Assembly (NCBI RefSeq): GCF_055900595.2
Contig: NZ_CM148325.1
Strand: one strand, 5' to 3'
DNA: 64,000 nucleotides
Under the pieces are notes generated by a model that was not told the origin of the DNA, ran no database searches, and saw only the letters and a program-made list of their open reading frames with translations. Each line of letters starts with the position of its first letter. Positions within the stretch are counted from its first letter, which is position 1. The position numbers and the translations under genes are program-made. This document shows positions 11,691 through 24,433 of this stretch, piece after piece.

Positions 11691-11812
11691 GCCATTAATC
11701 TGATACTCCCACGTTGTTCGGGAGTTTTTATCCGCTTCTGGACATTTTCTCCACAGAACAATCGTTAGCCCGGAAGGTCGAATCTGTGAATATTTTTTCA
11801 CGGACGAAACAG

Positions 11813-12430
11813 ATGAAAGCTTCACTGGCGTTGTTCAGTCTTCTGACGGTATTTACCAGTTACTCCTTAAAATCTCCCGCTGTTCCACCAACCGTGGTAC
11901 AAATCCAGGCCAACACCAATCTTGCCATCGCAGACGGTGCCAGACAGCAAATTGGCAGCACGCTATTTTACGATCCGGCGTATGTGCAGCTTACTTATCC
12001 TGGCGGTGATGTCCCGCAAGAGCGCGGCGTATGTTCCGATGTGGTGATCCGTGCCCTGCGCAGCCAGAAGGTCGATTTGCAGAAACTGGTTCACGAAGAT
12101 ATGGCGAAGAATTTTGCCGATTATCCGCAAAAGTGGAAGTTAAAACGCCCGGACAGCAACATCGATCACCGTCGGGTGCCTAATCTGGAAACCTGGTTTA
12201 CCCGCCACGATAAAACGCGCCCCACCAGCAAAAACGCCAGTGACTACCAAGCGGGCGATATTGTCTCCTGGCGATTAGATAATGGGCTGGCACATATTGG
12301 GGTGGTTTCAGATGGCTTCGCCCGCGACGGTACGCCGCTGGTGATACATAACATTGGCGCAGGCGCGCAGGAAGAAGACGTGCTGTTTAGTTGGCAGATG
12401 GTGGGGCACTATCGGTATTTTGCTAAATAA
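11813..12430 (+). CDS. yijF: DUF1287 family protein YijF (signal peptide)
   Basis: MKASLALFSLLTVFTSYS… ; start taken at the internal Met of ORF 11714..12430. Confidence 0.75.
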   Translation: MKASLALFSLLTVFTSYSLKSPAVPPTVVQIQANTNLAIADGARQQIGSTLFYDPAYVQLTYPGGDVPQERGVCSDVVIRALRSQKVDLQKLVHEDMAKNFADYPQKWKLKRPDSNIDHRRVPNLETWFTRHDKTRPTSKNASDYQAGDIVSWRLDNGLAHIGVVSDGFARDGTPLVIHNIGAGAQEEDVLFSWQMVGHYRYFAK

Positions 12431-12456
12431 GCGCTCGCCCCACATGAAGAAAAAAT

Positions 12457-13362
12457 TCAGATCCTTTTTACACTGACGGCTTCTTTTTTCTTACGGCTCA
12501 CCAGCGCCAGTGCCAGCACAATCAGCACAATACCGCTACCTTCAACGGCCCCCGGATTTTCACCGAGCAGCCACCAGGAAAAGAGTACGCCACAAACGGG
12601 AACAGCCAGTGTACTTAAGCTGGCAATACTGGCGGGCAAGTTTTTCAGCACAAACAACCATAAACTCCAGGCCAGCGCCGTCGCCAGAATCGCACTGTAG
12701 GCCAGCGCCCAGAATACGGTGGGCTGCCAGTCAATTTCACGTTGCGGCACCAGTAAAGCGACCGCACTCATCACCAGCGCCGCATACAACATCTGCCAGG
12801 ATGTTAACGACAATAAATCCACGCGCGGATGACGGGCGTAAAGGCGTTTAGCGACAATGGCACTCGCCCCCCAACTGACACCAGAGAGGATCGCCAGCAT
12901 GGCGCTTTTCATCGAAGAGAAATTGAGTTGCCACGGCTGCAACACCAAAAATAAGCCGAAAGCGGCAATGAGAATCGCGAAATATTGCCCGCGTCGCAGG
13001 CGTTCACCGAGAAACAACGCGGCGAAAATCACCACCCAGAATGGCATGGTATAGCTCAGGATTGCCACCTTCCCTGCTCCGCCGCTCACCAGCGCCCACT
13101 GCGCCAGGCCAACCATCCCGCAGGTTTGTAACAGGGCAATGGCTAAGGTGTATTTAAAGGGCGTCGGGCGCATGCCGCGACCGCGTAATAAAAGGACGAT
13201 GAATAAAACGAGAGCGCCGAAAATGCAGCGTAAAGCGGTAAAGTCGAAGGCACCGATGTAGCTGGTGACTTGCTTCATGAAAATCCAGCTATAACTCCAG
13301 ATAAGTGTGAGCACAACCAGGCCACTGATTGCCAGTGGGTTGCTCTTTCCTGCGGCAGACAT
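12457..13362 (-). CDS. yijE: EamA/DMT-family transporter YijE
   Basis: Polytopic membrane ORF; synteny between yijF and katG. Confidence 0.8.
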   Translation of the reverse strand: MSAAGKSNPLAISGLVVLTLIWSYSWIFMKQVTSYIGAFDFTALRCIFGALVLFIVLLLRGRGMRPTPFKYTLAIALLQTCGMVGLAQWALVSGGAGKVAILSYTMPFWVVIFAALFLGERLRRGQYFAILIAAFGLFLVLQPWQLNFSSMKSAMLAILSGVSWGASAIVAKRLYARHPRVDLLSLTSWQMLYAALVMSAVALLVPQREIDWQPTVFWALAYSAILATALAWSLWLFVLKNLPASIASLSTLAVPVCGVLFSWWLLGENPGAVEGSGIVLIVLALALVSRKKKEAVSVKRI

Positions 13363-13455
13363 GAGAGATCCAGTGTGTAGTTTTCCTGTGGACACTATAC
13401 GCCGGTAAAGAAACTTCAGCGACTGCCTGAAAGACAGTCGCTGAAAAAGGTCAGA

Positions 13456-15690
<2,235 letters not shown>

Positions 15691-15964
15691 TTATAATTGA
15701 ATTAATCCACGGATGCGATAGTTGAGATCTTACATATTGTTGGTTAAAGAGATGTAGATCAAATTGATCGTAATTAAGCTTTTTTGATTATGTCCGAATT
15801 CGGACAAATGCTTTATAAAAAAGGGTTTTAGCTTCCTATTCTTCAAGGAAGGAGGGCGAAAACAAAGCTGACAACCTTATTTTTCCGCCCTCATTTCGAG
15901 GCAGCATTTTGTGCTCTGTTTAAAATTTGTGATCACAGTGTGATTTTCACAAAAGCCACACTAT

Positions 15965-16858
<894 letters not shown>

Positions 16859-16904
16859 TTACCTCATCAATCGCTTGTAGTTATATGTTGTGTTGTGCAC
16901 ATCT

Positions 16905-16940
16905 ATCCGTTTAGACGTCCAGATGTAAAGATGAAGGAAA
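16905..16940 (-). promoter_or_regulatory. metF promoter with tandem MetJ operator repeats (met boxes)
   Basis: agacgtcc agatgtaa agatgaag tandem 8-bp repeats matching the AGACGTCT met-box consensus, 50-80 bp upstream of metF. Confidence 0.6.
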
Positions 16941-17150
16941 AGCTGAAGGGCGTCAACCGAAAAATGACCAATGATGGTGAGGAAAAATCAGGGAAGATGA
17001 AAAAAACTCATCTTAATTAGAGGTAATAAAGAGATTTCTTTATAGCGCAATCAACCTCACTCGTTTTGACTGATATACAGGCAACACAACGGCACCTGTT
17101 CTCATTCGAAAAACAACGCCCTGCCACCAGATGGTGATGCTAAAGCATCT

Positions 17151-17181
17151 GATTCGGCCTGCGCTCTCGTGTAGGCCGAAT
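17151..17181. terminator. Stem-loop downstream of island nucleotidase paralog 1; possible terminator near the left island boundary
   Basis: attcggcct…aggccgaat inverted repeat. Confidence 0.3.
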
Positions 17182-17237
17182 ACAGAATCTGCGAAATCAA
17201 CTGGTAACAAACAGTAGAGTCAACTCAGTGCGTACTT

Positions 17238-18797
17238 TTATTTAATATCTTTCACGCGCATACCGTTGATCTGTTCATCCGTGATGGTGTTACCCGCTTT
17301 AAAGTAATCAACCACCGCGTGATAAACGTAATAACCGCCCGTCGTATTGCGCGCTTTACCCTCGGTAAACGCGGTAAAACCATCTCCACCATCAGCAAGG
17401 AAACTCTGAGTAGCAATGTGGTAAACCGTCGCATCTTCAATCGGTTTGCCATTCAGCGTCAGCGAGATAACCCGCTGACCAACCGGCTTGCTGCTGTCGT
17501 ACTTCATTTCCAGGCCTTTCGATACCTGTAAAACGCCATTACTTAAACTTGCGCCGTGTTCCATCAAACCGCGTAATTGTTTACCCGTGAGTTCCATCGT
17601 CACCAGTTCGTTGGGGAACGGGAAGGTACTGATGACGCCACCCATCGTAATTGCACCCGCCGGGATCTCATTGCGAATCCCACCAGAGTTGGTTAACGCC
17701 AACTGGGTATTTTTACCCGCCGCTACCAGTAAAGCGTCCGCCGCCAGGTTCCCCAGGGATGCCGATTCACCATAGGCACGTTTTAATTCAACTGGCGATT
17801 GCGCCACCGTTTGCTGCACGACTTCATCCAGCTTTTTATTCCAACTATCAATCACCTGTTTTGTTTGCGCATCGGGCTTCCACTCGTCGGCGTAAAGGGT
17901 TTTAAGCTCGAAGTTTTTCACCGTAAAAGTGTGCGGTTTCTCTTTGTAGTCGAGAACCAGTTTACCCACATCAATCCCACCGCTGTCAGTGGAGAGGATG
18001 AGCGTATTGCCGACTTTAATCGGTTCCGGCGTACCCACATGTGCATGCCCGGTGATCAAAATATCCAGCCCTTTCACCTGACTTGCCGTCTGAATATCTT
18101 TATCCAGTGCGCGGCGCACATCTGTGCCCCCCATACTGGACTGGCGGGCCGGAACACCTTCGTGAATCAGCGCAACGGTCAAATCAACCTTGCCTTTGAG
18201 TTCATCGATATAACGTTGTAGCCATTTAATTTCATCACGCGCCTCAATACCCACTCGCGTTGCCGCAGATACCGTATCATTAAAGGCAAATACACCGTGC
18301 AAACCTATAACACCAATTTTCACGCCGTCTTTTTCAATAATGGTATATGGCTTATCCCAGAATGATTTACTGCTGTTCTGATAAAAAACATTACCCTGCA
18401 CAATCGGGAATTGTGCCTGACTCAACTGTAATAACGTATTGTCCCAGCCGTGATCAAATTCATGATTACCTATAGTGGCCGCATCGAACGGCATGGTATT
18501 CATAATATCGATAATCGCCTTGCCTTTAGTCAGGCTGCTGATATACGGCCCGGTAAAATAGTCACCCGCATCAAAAAACCAGGTCGCTTTGTTTTTAGCT
18601 TTTTCTTGTTTAACAAGCGTAGTGATATTTGCCCAGCCGCCAATATCCCGTTTACCCTCAGCAATCCACGGCACTTTATAGGGCTCTACATGTGCGTGGA
18701 GGTCATTGGTATAAATAATGGTGACATCTTTGGCGCAGGCCCAAAACGGCAGTGTTAATGCGATACCCGCAGCAAGCATTTTAATTTTCATAAACAA
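17238..18797 (-). CDS. Island paralog 1: secreted 5'-nucleotidase/UDP-sugar hydrolase-like metallophosphoesterase (UshA family)
   Basis: N-terminal signal peptide; metallophosphatase motifs DLHAH, DAGDYF, GNHEFD, HEG, GHAH; C-terminal 5'-nucleotidase-like domain; no K-12 counterpart at this locus. Confidence 0.8.
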   Translation of the reverse strand: MFMKIKMLAAGIALTLPFWACAKDVTIIYTNDLHAHVEPYKVPWIAEGKRDIGGWANITTLVKQEKAKNKATWFFDAGDYFTGPYISSLTKGKAIIDIMNTMPFDAATIGNHEFDHGWDNTLLQLSQAQFPIVQGNVFYQNSSKSFWDKPYTIIEKDGVKIGVIGLHGVFAFNDTVSAATRVGIEARDEIKWLQRYIDELKGKVDLTVALIHEGVPARQSSMGGTDVRRALDKDIQTASQVKGLDILITGHAHVGTPEPIKVGNTLILSTDSGGIDVGKLVLDYKEKPHTFTVKNFELKTLYADEWKPDAQTKQVIDSWNKKLDEVVQQTVAQSPVELKRAYGESASLGNLAADALLVAAGKNTQLALTNSGGIRNEIPAGAITMGGVISTFPFPNELVTMELTGKQLRGLMEHGASLSNGVLQVSKGLEMKYDSSKPVGQRVISLTLNGKPIEDATVYHIATQSFLADGGDGFTAFTEGKARNTTGGYYVYHAVVDYFKAGNTITDEQINGMRVKDIK

Positions 18798-18850
18798 TCC
18801 CTTCCAGTGAGATAAAGGATTGCTACATTACGTTCTGAAAGGCTTTTTTA

Positions 18851-18866
18851 TGTGAGAATACTCACA
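18851..18866. promoter_or_regulatory. Perfect CRP-binding palindrome in the divergent intergenic region between island paralog 1 and the Zn-ribbon gene
   Basis: tgtga-gaatac-tcaca equals the TGTGA-N6-TCACA CRP consensus, with an A/T-rich flank. Confidence 0.55.
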
Positions 18867-18923
18867 TCCAGAGGCAATAACTGTAGGACAAAATCGACGA
18901 CCTTATGAAATCGTTGGTGATAT

Positions 18924-20051
18924 ATGTCAAATCTGTTTGCGATTAATGTCTGTAAAACGTTCGGTTGTCGAAATTTGGGATTGGCCTCATCGGAAGATTA
19001 CAGTTGGCCAGACTATAAACTGGGTTTTCCGGCACTGCACTGCCAGGCATGCGGAAGTTACCCCCCTTTGTTTGATGAACAACAATTTCGTGACTGGTTG
19101 TCAGTTCACATGACTGCGTGTGCCATAGAAACAGGGCATTTTTGTCCATCATGCTATTGTAAAGAAAAGATTTTTTATGGCCACAACCCGCATGGAACAC
19201 AACGCGTTCAATGCCGTTCATGCAAAAAAGTCTGGACTCCGAAACAGCAGCCAGCAAGAGAAATTACGTATCCCCAGTCCATTGAAACCGTTCAACTGTT
19301 CATGCCCTTTCAAGGAGCCAGCGCACTACAAAAGCTCTATGTTTTAGTCAGTCTTGACGCCACTCGTGGCAACATCCTTCATCTCTCCACGAATTATACG
19401 CAACATCAGACAGGAGACAGTCTGCGGTACAGTTACAGAGGCAATACAGAACCAACTGAGCACCATAGCGATATTGTGCAGAGGGTAGATATGCGTGAAG
19501 CGCAATTCTTGCGCCGGAGCCAGTTCGATGAAATTCAGTATGGCAGTGCTGTGCTCAAGCGCAATGGCAAGGGAGCCATACTACGCCCGGTTATCACGGC
19601 TCACGGGCATTTCAGAATACTGAAAATCCGCTTTCCACATGTCAAAACGCATATCATTTCACACGAATGTTTTCTGAGAGGCGCAATTATTACAGCCTGG
19701 GCAGATCAGTTCCGCCAACAACAAGGCGAACTTTGGTTCGTAGAAGAAGAAATCAGCGACCGTAACGCTGATATTCCCTGGCATTTTCAGGGAACGACAT
19801 ACCATGGTTGGTGGCAAAATCAGTGGCAACGCTGGGGGCAGGGGAATAACAGCAAGATGGTCTGCCTGCTCACAGGAGTCTCCTTAGAAAGGGGCGCAAA
19901 TGTTTCTCTGGCAACCAGTCGTTGCTTTATCACATGGCTGACAGACCAACACGACTTTACCCAAAGCGCGTTATTATCCGCAGGTCGCGTAACGAAAATG
20001 CTGACCTCACTGGCGTTAAAATACAATGAATCGCTCACTCCATCTTGTTAG
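18924..20051 (+). CDS. Cys-rich Zn-ribbon protein resembling an IS1595/ISXO2-family transposase; catalytic integrity uncertain
   Basis: FCPSCYC…(12 aa)…RVQCRSCKKVW follows the CPxCG…RYxCKxCxKxF transposase Zn-ribbon pattern; a downstream stretch (THIISHECF…FVEEEISDRN) loosely resembles the end of a DDE domain. Confidence 0.55.
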   Translation: MSNLFAINVCKTFGCRNLGLASSEDYSWPDYKLGFPALHCQACGSYPPLFDEQQFRDWLSVHMTACAIETGHFCPSCYCKEKIFYGHNPHGTQRVQCRSCKKVWTPKQQPAREITYPQSIETVQLFMPFQGASALQKLYVLVSLDATRGNILHLSTNYTQHQTGDSLRYSYRGNTEPTEHHSDIVQRVDMREAQFLRRSQFDEIQYGSAVLKRNGKGAILRPVITAHGHFRILKIRFPHVKTHIISHECFLRGAIITAWADQFRQQQGELWFVEEEISDRNADIPWHFQGTTYHGWWQNQWQRWGQGNNSKMVCLLTGVSLERGANVSLATSRCFITWLTDQHDFTQSALLSAGRVTKMLTSLALKYNESLTPSC

Positions 20052-20169
20052 TCAATACACTCGACAAACGACCATAAATTAATGGGATCACTATTTCTCA
20101 TTTAATTAAATATATGAATGTATGACTGAAAAATATAATCACAGTCAATGTTTAATTAATAACATTATT

Positions 20170-20185
20170 TGTTACTAAGATCACA
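20170..20185. promoter_or_regulatory. CRP-like site (one mismatch) in the AT-rich promoter region upstream of island paralog 2
   Basis: tgtta-ctaaga-tcaca, about 95 bp upstream of the ATG at 20281. Confidence 0.3.
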
Positions 20186-20280
20186 TAATACTTTCCTGAC
20201 CTATGCTTACATAAAAATAAGACACGGAGTTCCTTTTATTTAAATAATTCAACCAATGTAACAACCCCTATCAAGGAGGG

Positions 20281-21834
20281 ATGATGAGAACTGTATTTAC
20301 GACTTTATCAGTCATATTCAGCGTGATGTTTTCTCACAGTATACTAGCTCAGGACGTTACTATTTATTATACGAATGATATTCACGCACATGTCAATCCG
20401 GCAAAAATTCCCGCTGTTGATAAGAACAGACTTGTAGGTGGTATGGCTAATATTGCAGGCATCGTTAATGAAGCGAAGAAAAAAAACAAAGATGTCTTTT
20501 TCTTTGATGCAGGCGACTATTTTACCGGTCCGTATATCAGTACCCTGACCAAAGGTGAAGCTATTATTGATATCATGAACACCATGCCCTTTGATGCGGT
20601 GTCCGTTGGTAATCACGAGTTCGATCACGGCGTGCCCAATATGGTATCTCAGTTATCAAAAGCAAAATTCCCCATTCTGCTGGGAAATATTTACTACACC
20701 GATACAAATAAACCAGTTTGGGATCATCCGTGGACTATTATCGAAAAAGATGGTTTAAAGATTGGTGTGATTGGATTGCATGGTGCATTCGCTTTCTATG
20801 ATACAGTCGCGGCAAAAGCACGTGAAGGCGTAGAAGCCAGAGACGAAATTAAATATTTAAATAAAGCACTTGCAGAATTAAAAGGTAAAGTCGACATTAC
20901 CGTTTTGCTAATTCACGAAGGTGTTCCGGCGCGTCAATCAAGCTTTGGTAGTAAAGATGTGGAGCGGCTACTACAGGCAGATATTGAGACAGCTAAAAAA
21001 GTGAATGGTGTTGATGTCTTAATTACCGGTCACGCACATGTCGGAACACCGCAACCAATAAAAGTTAATAACACATTAATTGTATCTACCGATGCATACG
21101 GCACCGACATCGGAAAACTTGTGCTTGATTACAATCCGAAAACGAAGAAAATTGATAGTTATAATGGTGAGTTAATCACCATCTTCGCAGATCAATTTAA
21201 ACCTGACACCATCGTTCAAAATACTATCGATAAATGGAGTGCAAAGCTTAACAAAATAACACAGGAAGTTGTCGGCCATTCTCCCGTAGTTTTAACACGT
21301 GAGTATGGCAGTTCTTCTTCTACCGGTAACCTTATTCTTGATGCAATGATGGAAAAAACACCAGATGCCATTGCCGGATTTCAAAATAGCGGTGGGATGC
21401 GAGCTGATTTTCCTAAAGGTGATATCACGCTGGGAGATGTTATTAGCACATTCCCCTTTAATAATGACCTCATCGAGATGGATTTGACGGGCCGCGATCT
21501 CAAATCGTTGATGACGCATGCAACCAATCTAACTAACGGTGTGTTACAGGTTTCAAAAAGCGTTGCGGTTGTCTATGACAGCAAAAAACCACTGAACCAA
21601 CGGTTAATCTCTTTCACCATTAACGGCAAACCCGTGGAAGATAATCAAACATATCGTATTGTCACGCACTCCTTTTGTGCCAGTGGTGGTGACGGTTTTG
21701 AAGCATTTTTGAATGGAAAAAATGTGAAGACGATACCGGGAACAACCTCGGCGGAATCTATCATCGATTATTTCAAAAATCATAAACCTGTCACCCCAGA
21801 CTTAACTAAACGAGTAATGGACGTCGCCAAATAA
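20281..21834 (+). CDS. Island paralog 2: secreted UshA-family 5'-nucleotidase-like metallophosphoesterase
   Basis: Signal peptide; DIHAH, DAGDYF, GNHEFD, GHAH motifs; AT-rich codon usage. Confidence 0.8.
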   Translation: MMRTVFTTLSVIFSVMFSHSILAQDVTIYYTNDIHAHVNPAKIPAVDKNRLVGGMANIAGIVNEAKKKNKDVFFFDAGDYFTGPYISTLTKGEAIIDIMNTMPFDAVSVGNHEFDHGVPNMVSQLSKAKFPILLGNIYYTDTNKPVWDHPWTIIEKDGLKIGVIGLHGAFAFYDTVAAKAREGVEARDEIKYLNKALAELKGKVDITVLLIHEGVPARQSSFGSKDVERLLQADIETAKKVNGVDVLITGHAHVGTPQPIKVNNTLIVSTDAYGTDIGKLVLDYNPKTKKIDSYNGELITIFADQFKPDTIVQNTIDKWSAKLNKITQEVVGHSPVVLTREYGSSSSTGNLILDAMMEKTPDAIAGFQNSGGMRADFPKGDITLGDVISTFPFNNDLIEMDLTGRDLKSLMTHATNLTNGVLQVSKSVAVVYDSKKPLNQRLISFTINGKPVEDNQTYRIVTHSFCASGGDGFEAFLNGKNVKTIPGTTSAESIIDYFKNHKPVTPDLTKRVMDVAK

Positions 21835-21868
21835 AATATCATTTATCAGTCTATTTATTTAACAAGGA

Positions 21869-23494
21869 ATGCGAATGAAAACAGTGCAGCGTACTTTACT
21901 TGCCGCAACATTGCTGACTATTTTTTCGGTCTCAGCCATGGCGCAGGATGTCACGATTATTTATACCAATGATCTTCACGCTCATGTGGATTCTTATAAA
22001 GTGCCGTATATCGCAGACGGAAAACGCGACATTGGCGGCTTTGCCAATATATCTACTTTAGTAAAACAAGAGAAAGCGAAAAATAAAGCCACCTTTTATT
22101 TTGATGCTGGAGACTATTTCACCGGCCCTTATATCAGCAGTCTGACAAAGGGCGAAGCAATAATTGACATTATGAATACCATGCCTTTTGACGCAGTATC
22201 AATCGGTAATCATGAGTTTGACCATGGCTGGGATAATGCCCTGCGACAATTAAGCAAAGCGAATTTTCCTGTTTTATTGGGCAATGTTTATCATAAAGAG
22301 AGTGAGAAACCCTTCTGGAACAAGCCCTACACCATCCTGGAAAAAGATGGCATCAAGATTGGTATTATTGGGCTACACGGCGTATTTGCATTTAATGATA
22401 CGGTCTCGGAGCTCTCTCTCCAGGGACTCGATAATGACAATAATAACCGCTTTGATAAATCTTCCGAGACCCTTAAGAATCAGGGGATTGAAGCACGTGA
22501 TGAAGTGAAGTATTTGCAGCATTATATCGACGAGTTACGTGATAAGGTTGACCTCACTGTGGCGCTGGTTCATGAAGGCGTTCCGGCGCGTCAGTCCAGC
22601 ATTGGCAATACAGATGTTAGACGCGCTCTTGATAAAGATATTCAAACCGCTAGCAAGGTGAAAGGATTGGATATTCTGATTACCGGGCATGCCCACGTCG
22701 GAACGCCAGAGCCAATCAAAGTCGGCAACACCTTAATCCTTTCAACTGATAGTGGCGGTATCGATATTGGTAAATTAGTCCTTGATGTCAACCCTACAGC
22801 TCGTACCCATAAAATGAAGAGCTTTGAGCTGAAAACAGTTTATGCCGATGAATGGATACCCGATCCAACGACACAAAAAGTTATCAATGGCTGGAATAAA
22901 AAACTGGCGGATATTGTACGCCAACCAGTGGGTGAATCATCGATTGCATTAACTCGCGCCTATGGTGAGTCATCGCAACTAGGCAACCTGTTTACCGATG
23001 CAATGCTTGTCGCTGCTCCGACTGCACAGATTGCATTGATAAACTCCGGCAGCTTACGTGCGGATATAAATGCAGGCACGATTACCTTTGGCGACATTAC
23101 CAGTACATTCCCCTTCAAGAATGAACTTACTGAAATGGATCTCAGCGGTAAGGATCTGCGTAACCTACTGGAACACGGGGCATCGCTTACCAATGGCATC
23201 CTGCAAATGTCAAAAGGCGCAGAAATGCGCTATACCCCGCAGAAACCAGTAGGTCAGCGCATAGTATCTTTTAAAATTAATGGTGAAGAGATCGTTGATA
23301 CGAATATTTACCATGTTGCAACAACGACTTTCCTTGCACTGGGGGGCGATGGTTTTCTGGCATTCAAAGAAGGGAAAAATGTTCAGGTCCGCGCCGGAAA
23401 TAACATGTCCGATGTCGTGATCGATTATTTGAAGAAAGGCCACAAGATTACGCCTGCACAGGTAAATGAAATGCGGGTGGACGTTAGCAAATAA
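21869..23494 (+). CDS. Island paralog 3: secreted UshA-family 5'-nucleotidase-like metallophosphoesterase with a ~24-aa Asn/Asp-rich insertion
   Basis: Signal peptide; same motif set; closest by eye to paralog 1 but with an extra ELSLQGLDNDNNNRFDKSSETLKN segment. Confidence 0.8.
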   Translation: MRMKTVQRTLLAATLLTIFSVSAMAQDVTIIYTNDLHAHVDSYKVPYIADGKRDIGGFANISTLVKQEKAKNKATFYFDAGDYFTGPYISSLTKGEAIIDIMNTMPFDAVSIGNHEFDHGWDNALRQLSKANFPVLLGNVYHKESEKPFWNKPYTILEKDGIKIGIIGLHGVFAFNDTVSELSLQGLDNDNNNRFDKSSETLKNQGIEARDEVKYLQHYIDELRDKVDLTVALVHEGVPARQSSIGNTDVRRALDKDIQTASKVKGLDILITGHAHVGTPEPIKVGNTLILSTDSGGIDIGKLVLDVNPTARTHKMKSFELKTVYADEWIPDPTTQKVINGWNKKLADIVRQPVGESSIALTRAYGESSQLGNLFTDAMLVAAPTAQIALINSGSLRADINAGTITFGDITSTFPFKNELTEMDLSGKDLRNLLEHGASLTNGILQMSKGAEMRYTPQKPVGQRIVSFKINGEEIVDTNIYHVATTTFLALGGDGFLAFKEGKNVQVRAGNNMSDVVIDYLKKGHKITPAQVNEMRVDVSK

Positions 23495-23506
23495 TAAAAA
23501 AATTAT

Positions 23507-23541
23507 AATGCCATTCATTCACTGAATGGCATTATTTTTCT
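23507..23541 (+). terminator. Rho-independent terminator or attenuator between paralog 3 and the Tsx-like gene
   Basis: aatgccattcattcactgaatggcatt hairpin followed by atttttc. Confidence 0.55.
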
Positions 23542-23572
23542 CTAAATCAACAATAAATAATGAGATATATTT

Positions 23573-24433
23573 ATGTGTATAAAAAAGCACGGGATAGCTT
23601 TATCGATTCTATTAATACCTTGCATTGGAAACGCTCAGGAAATTAAAAGTGAGGAAGGCTGGTTACATCAAAGCTTGAATGTCATTGGTCGCACAGACTC
23701 TCGCTTTGGCCCAAGGCTGACTAACGACCTCTACCCTGAATATACTGTAGCAGGAAGAAAAGACTGGTTTGATTTTTATGGTTATGTTGATCTACCAAAA
23801 TTCTTTGGCGTCGGCAGTCACTATGATGTTGGGATCTGGGATGAGGGCTCACCACTATTTACGGAAATAGAACCTCGGTTTTCCATTGACAAATTGACCG
23901 GATTAAATCTTGCGTTCGGCCCTTTTAAAGAATGGTTCATTGCAAACAACTATGTCTATGATATGGGTGACAACCAGTCATCCCGGCAAAGTACATGGTA
24001 TATGGGGCTTGGTACAGATATCGACACGGGTCTACCAATTAAGCTTTCTGCCAATATATACGCCAAGTATCAGTGGCAAAACTATGGTGCCGCTAATGAA
24101 AATGAATGGGACGGATATCGATTCAAAATAAAATATAGCATTCCTCTTACCCATTTATTCGGAGGGCGATTGGTATACAATAGTTTTACTAACTTTGATT
24201 TTGGCTCCGATCTTGCGGACAAATCACACAATAATAAACGAACCAGTAATGCTATTGCTTCAAGCCATATCCTTTCCCTGCTATATGAACACTGGAAATT
24301 TGCATTTACACTACGTTATTTTCACAACGGTGGACAATGGAATGCTGGGGAGAAAGTTAACTTCGGAGATGGTCCATTTGAATTAAAAAACACAGGATGG
24401 GGAACCTATACTACTATTGGTTATCAATTTTAA
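23573..24433 (+). CDS. Tsx-like outer-membrane nucleoside-specific channel (Tsx/OmpK family paralog)
   Basis: Signal peptide; long collinear similarity to E. coli Tsx (…KDWFDFYGY…[17 protein letters not shown]…[16 protein letters not shown]…[26 protein letters not shown]…); C-terminal aromatic residue. Confidence 0.8.
   Translation: MCIKKHGIALSILLIPCIGNAQEIKSEEGWLHQSLNVIGRTDSRFGPRLTNDLYPEYTVAGRKDWFDFYGYVDLPKFFGVGSHYDVGIWDEGSPLFTEIEPRFSIDKLTGLNLAFGPFKEWFIANNYVYDMGDNQSSRQSTWYMGLGTDIDTGLPIKLSANIYAKYQWQNYGAANENEWDGYRFKIKYSIPLTHLFGGRLVYNSFTNFDFGSDLADKSHNNKRTSNAIASSHILSLLYEHWKFAFTLRYFHNGGQWNAGEKVNFGDGPFELKNTGWGTYTTIGYQF

Noticed and set aside
17151-17181. Possible island terminal inverted repeat or att site at the left boundary
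   Set aside because: Only a single local hairpin was found; no matching repeat at the right boundary (24434-24610) could be identified by eye, so no mobile-element boundary is claimed
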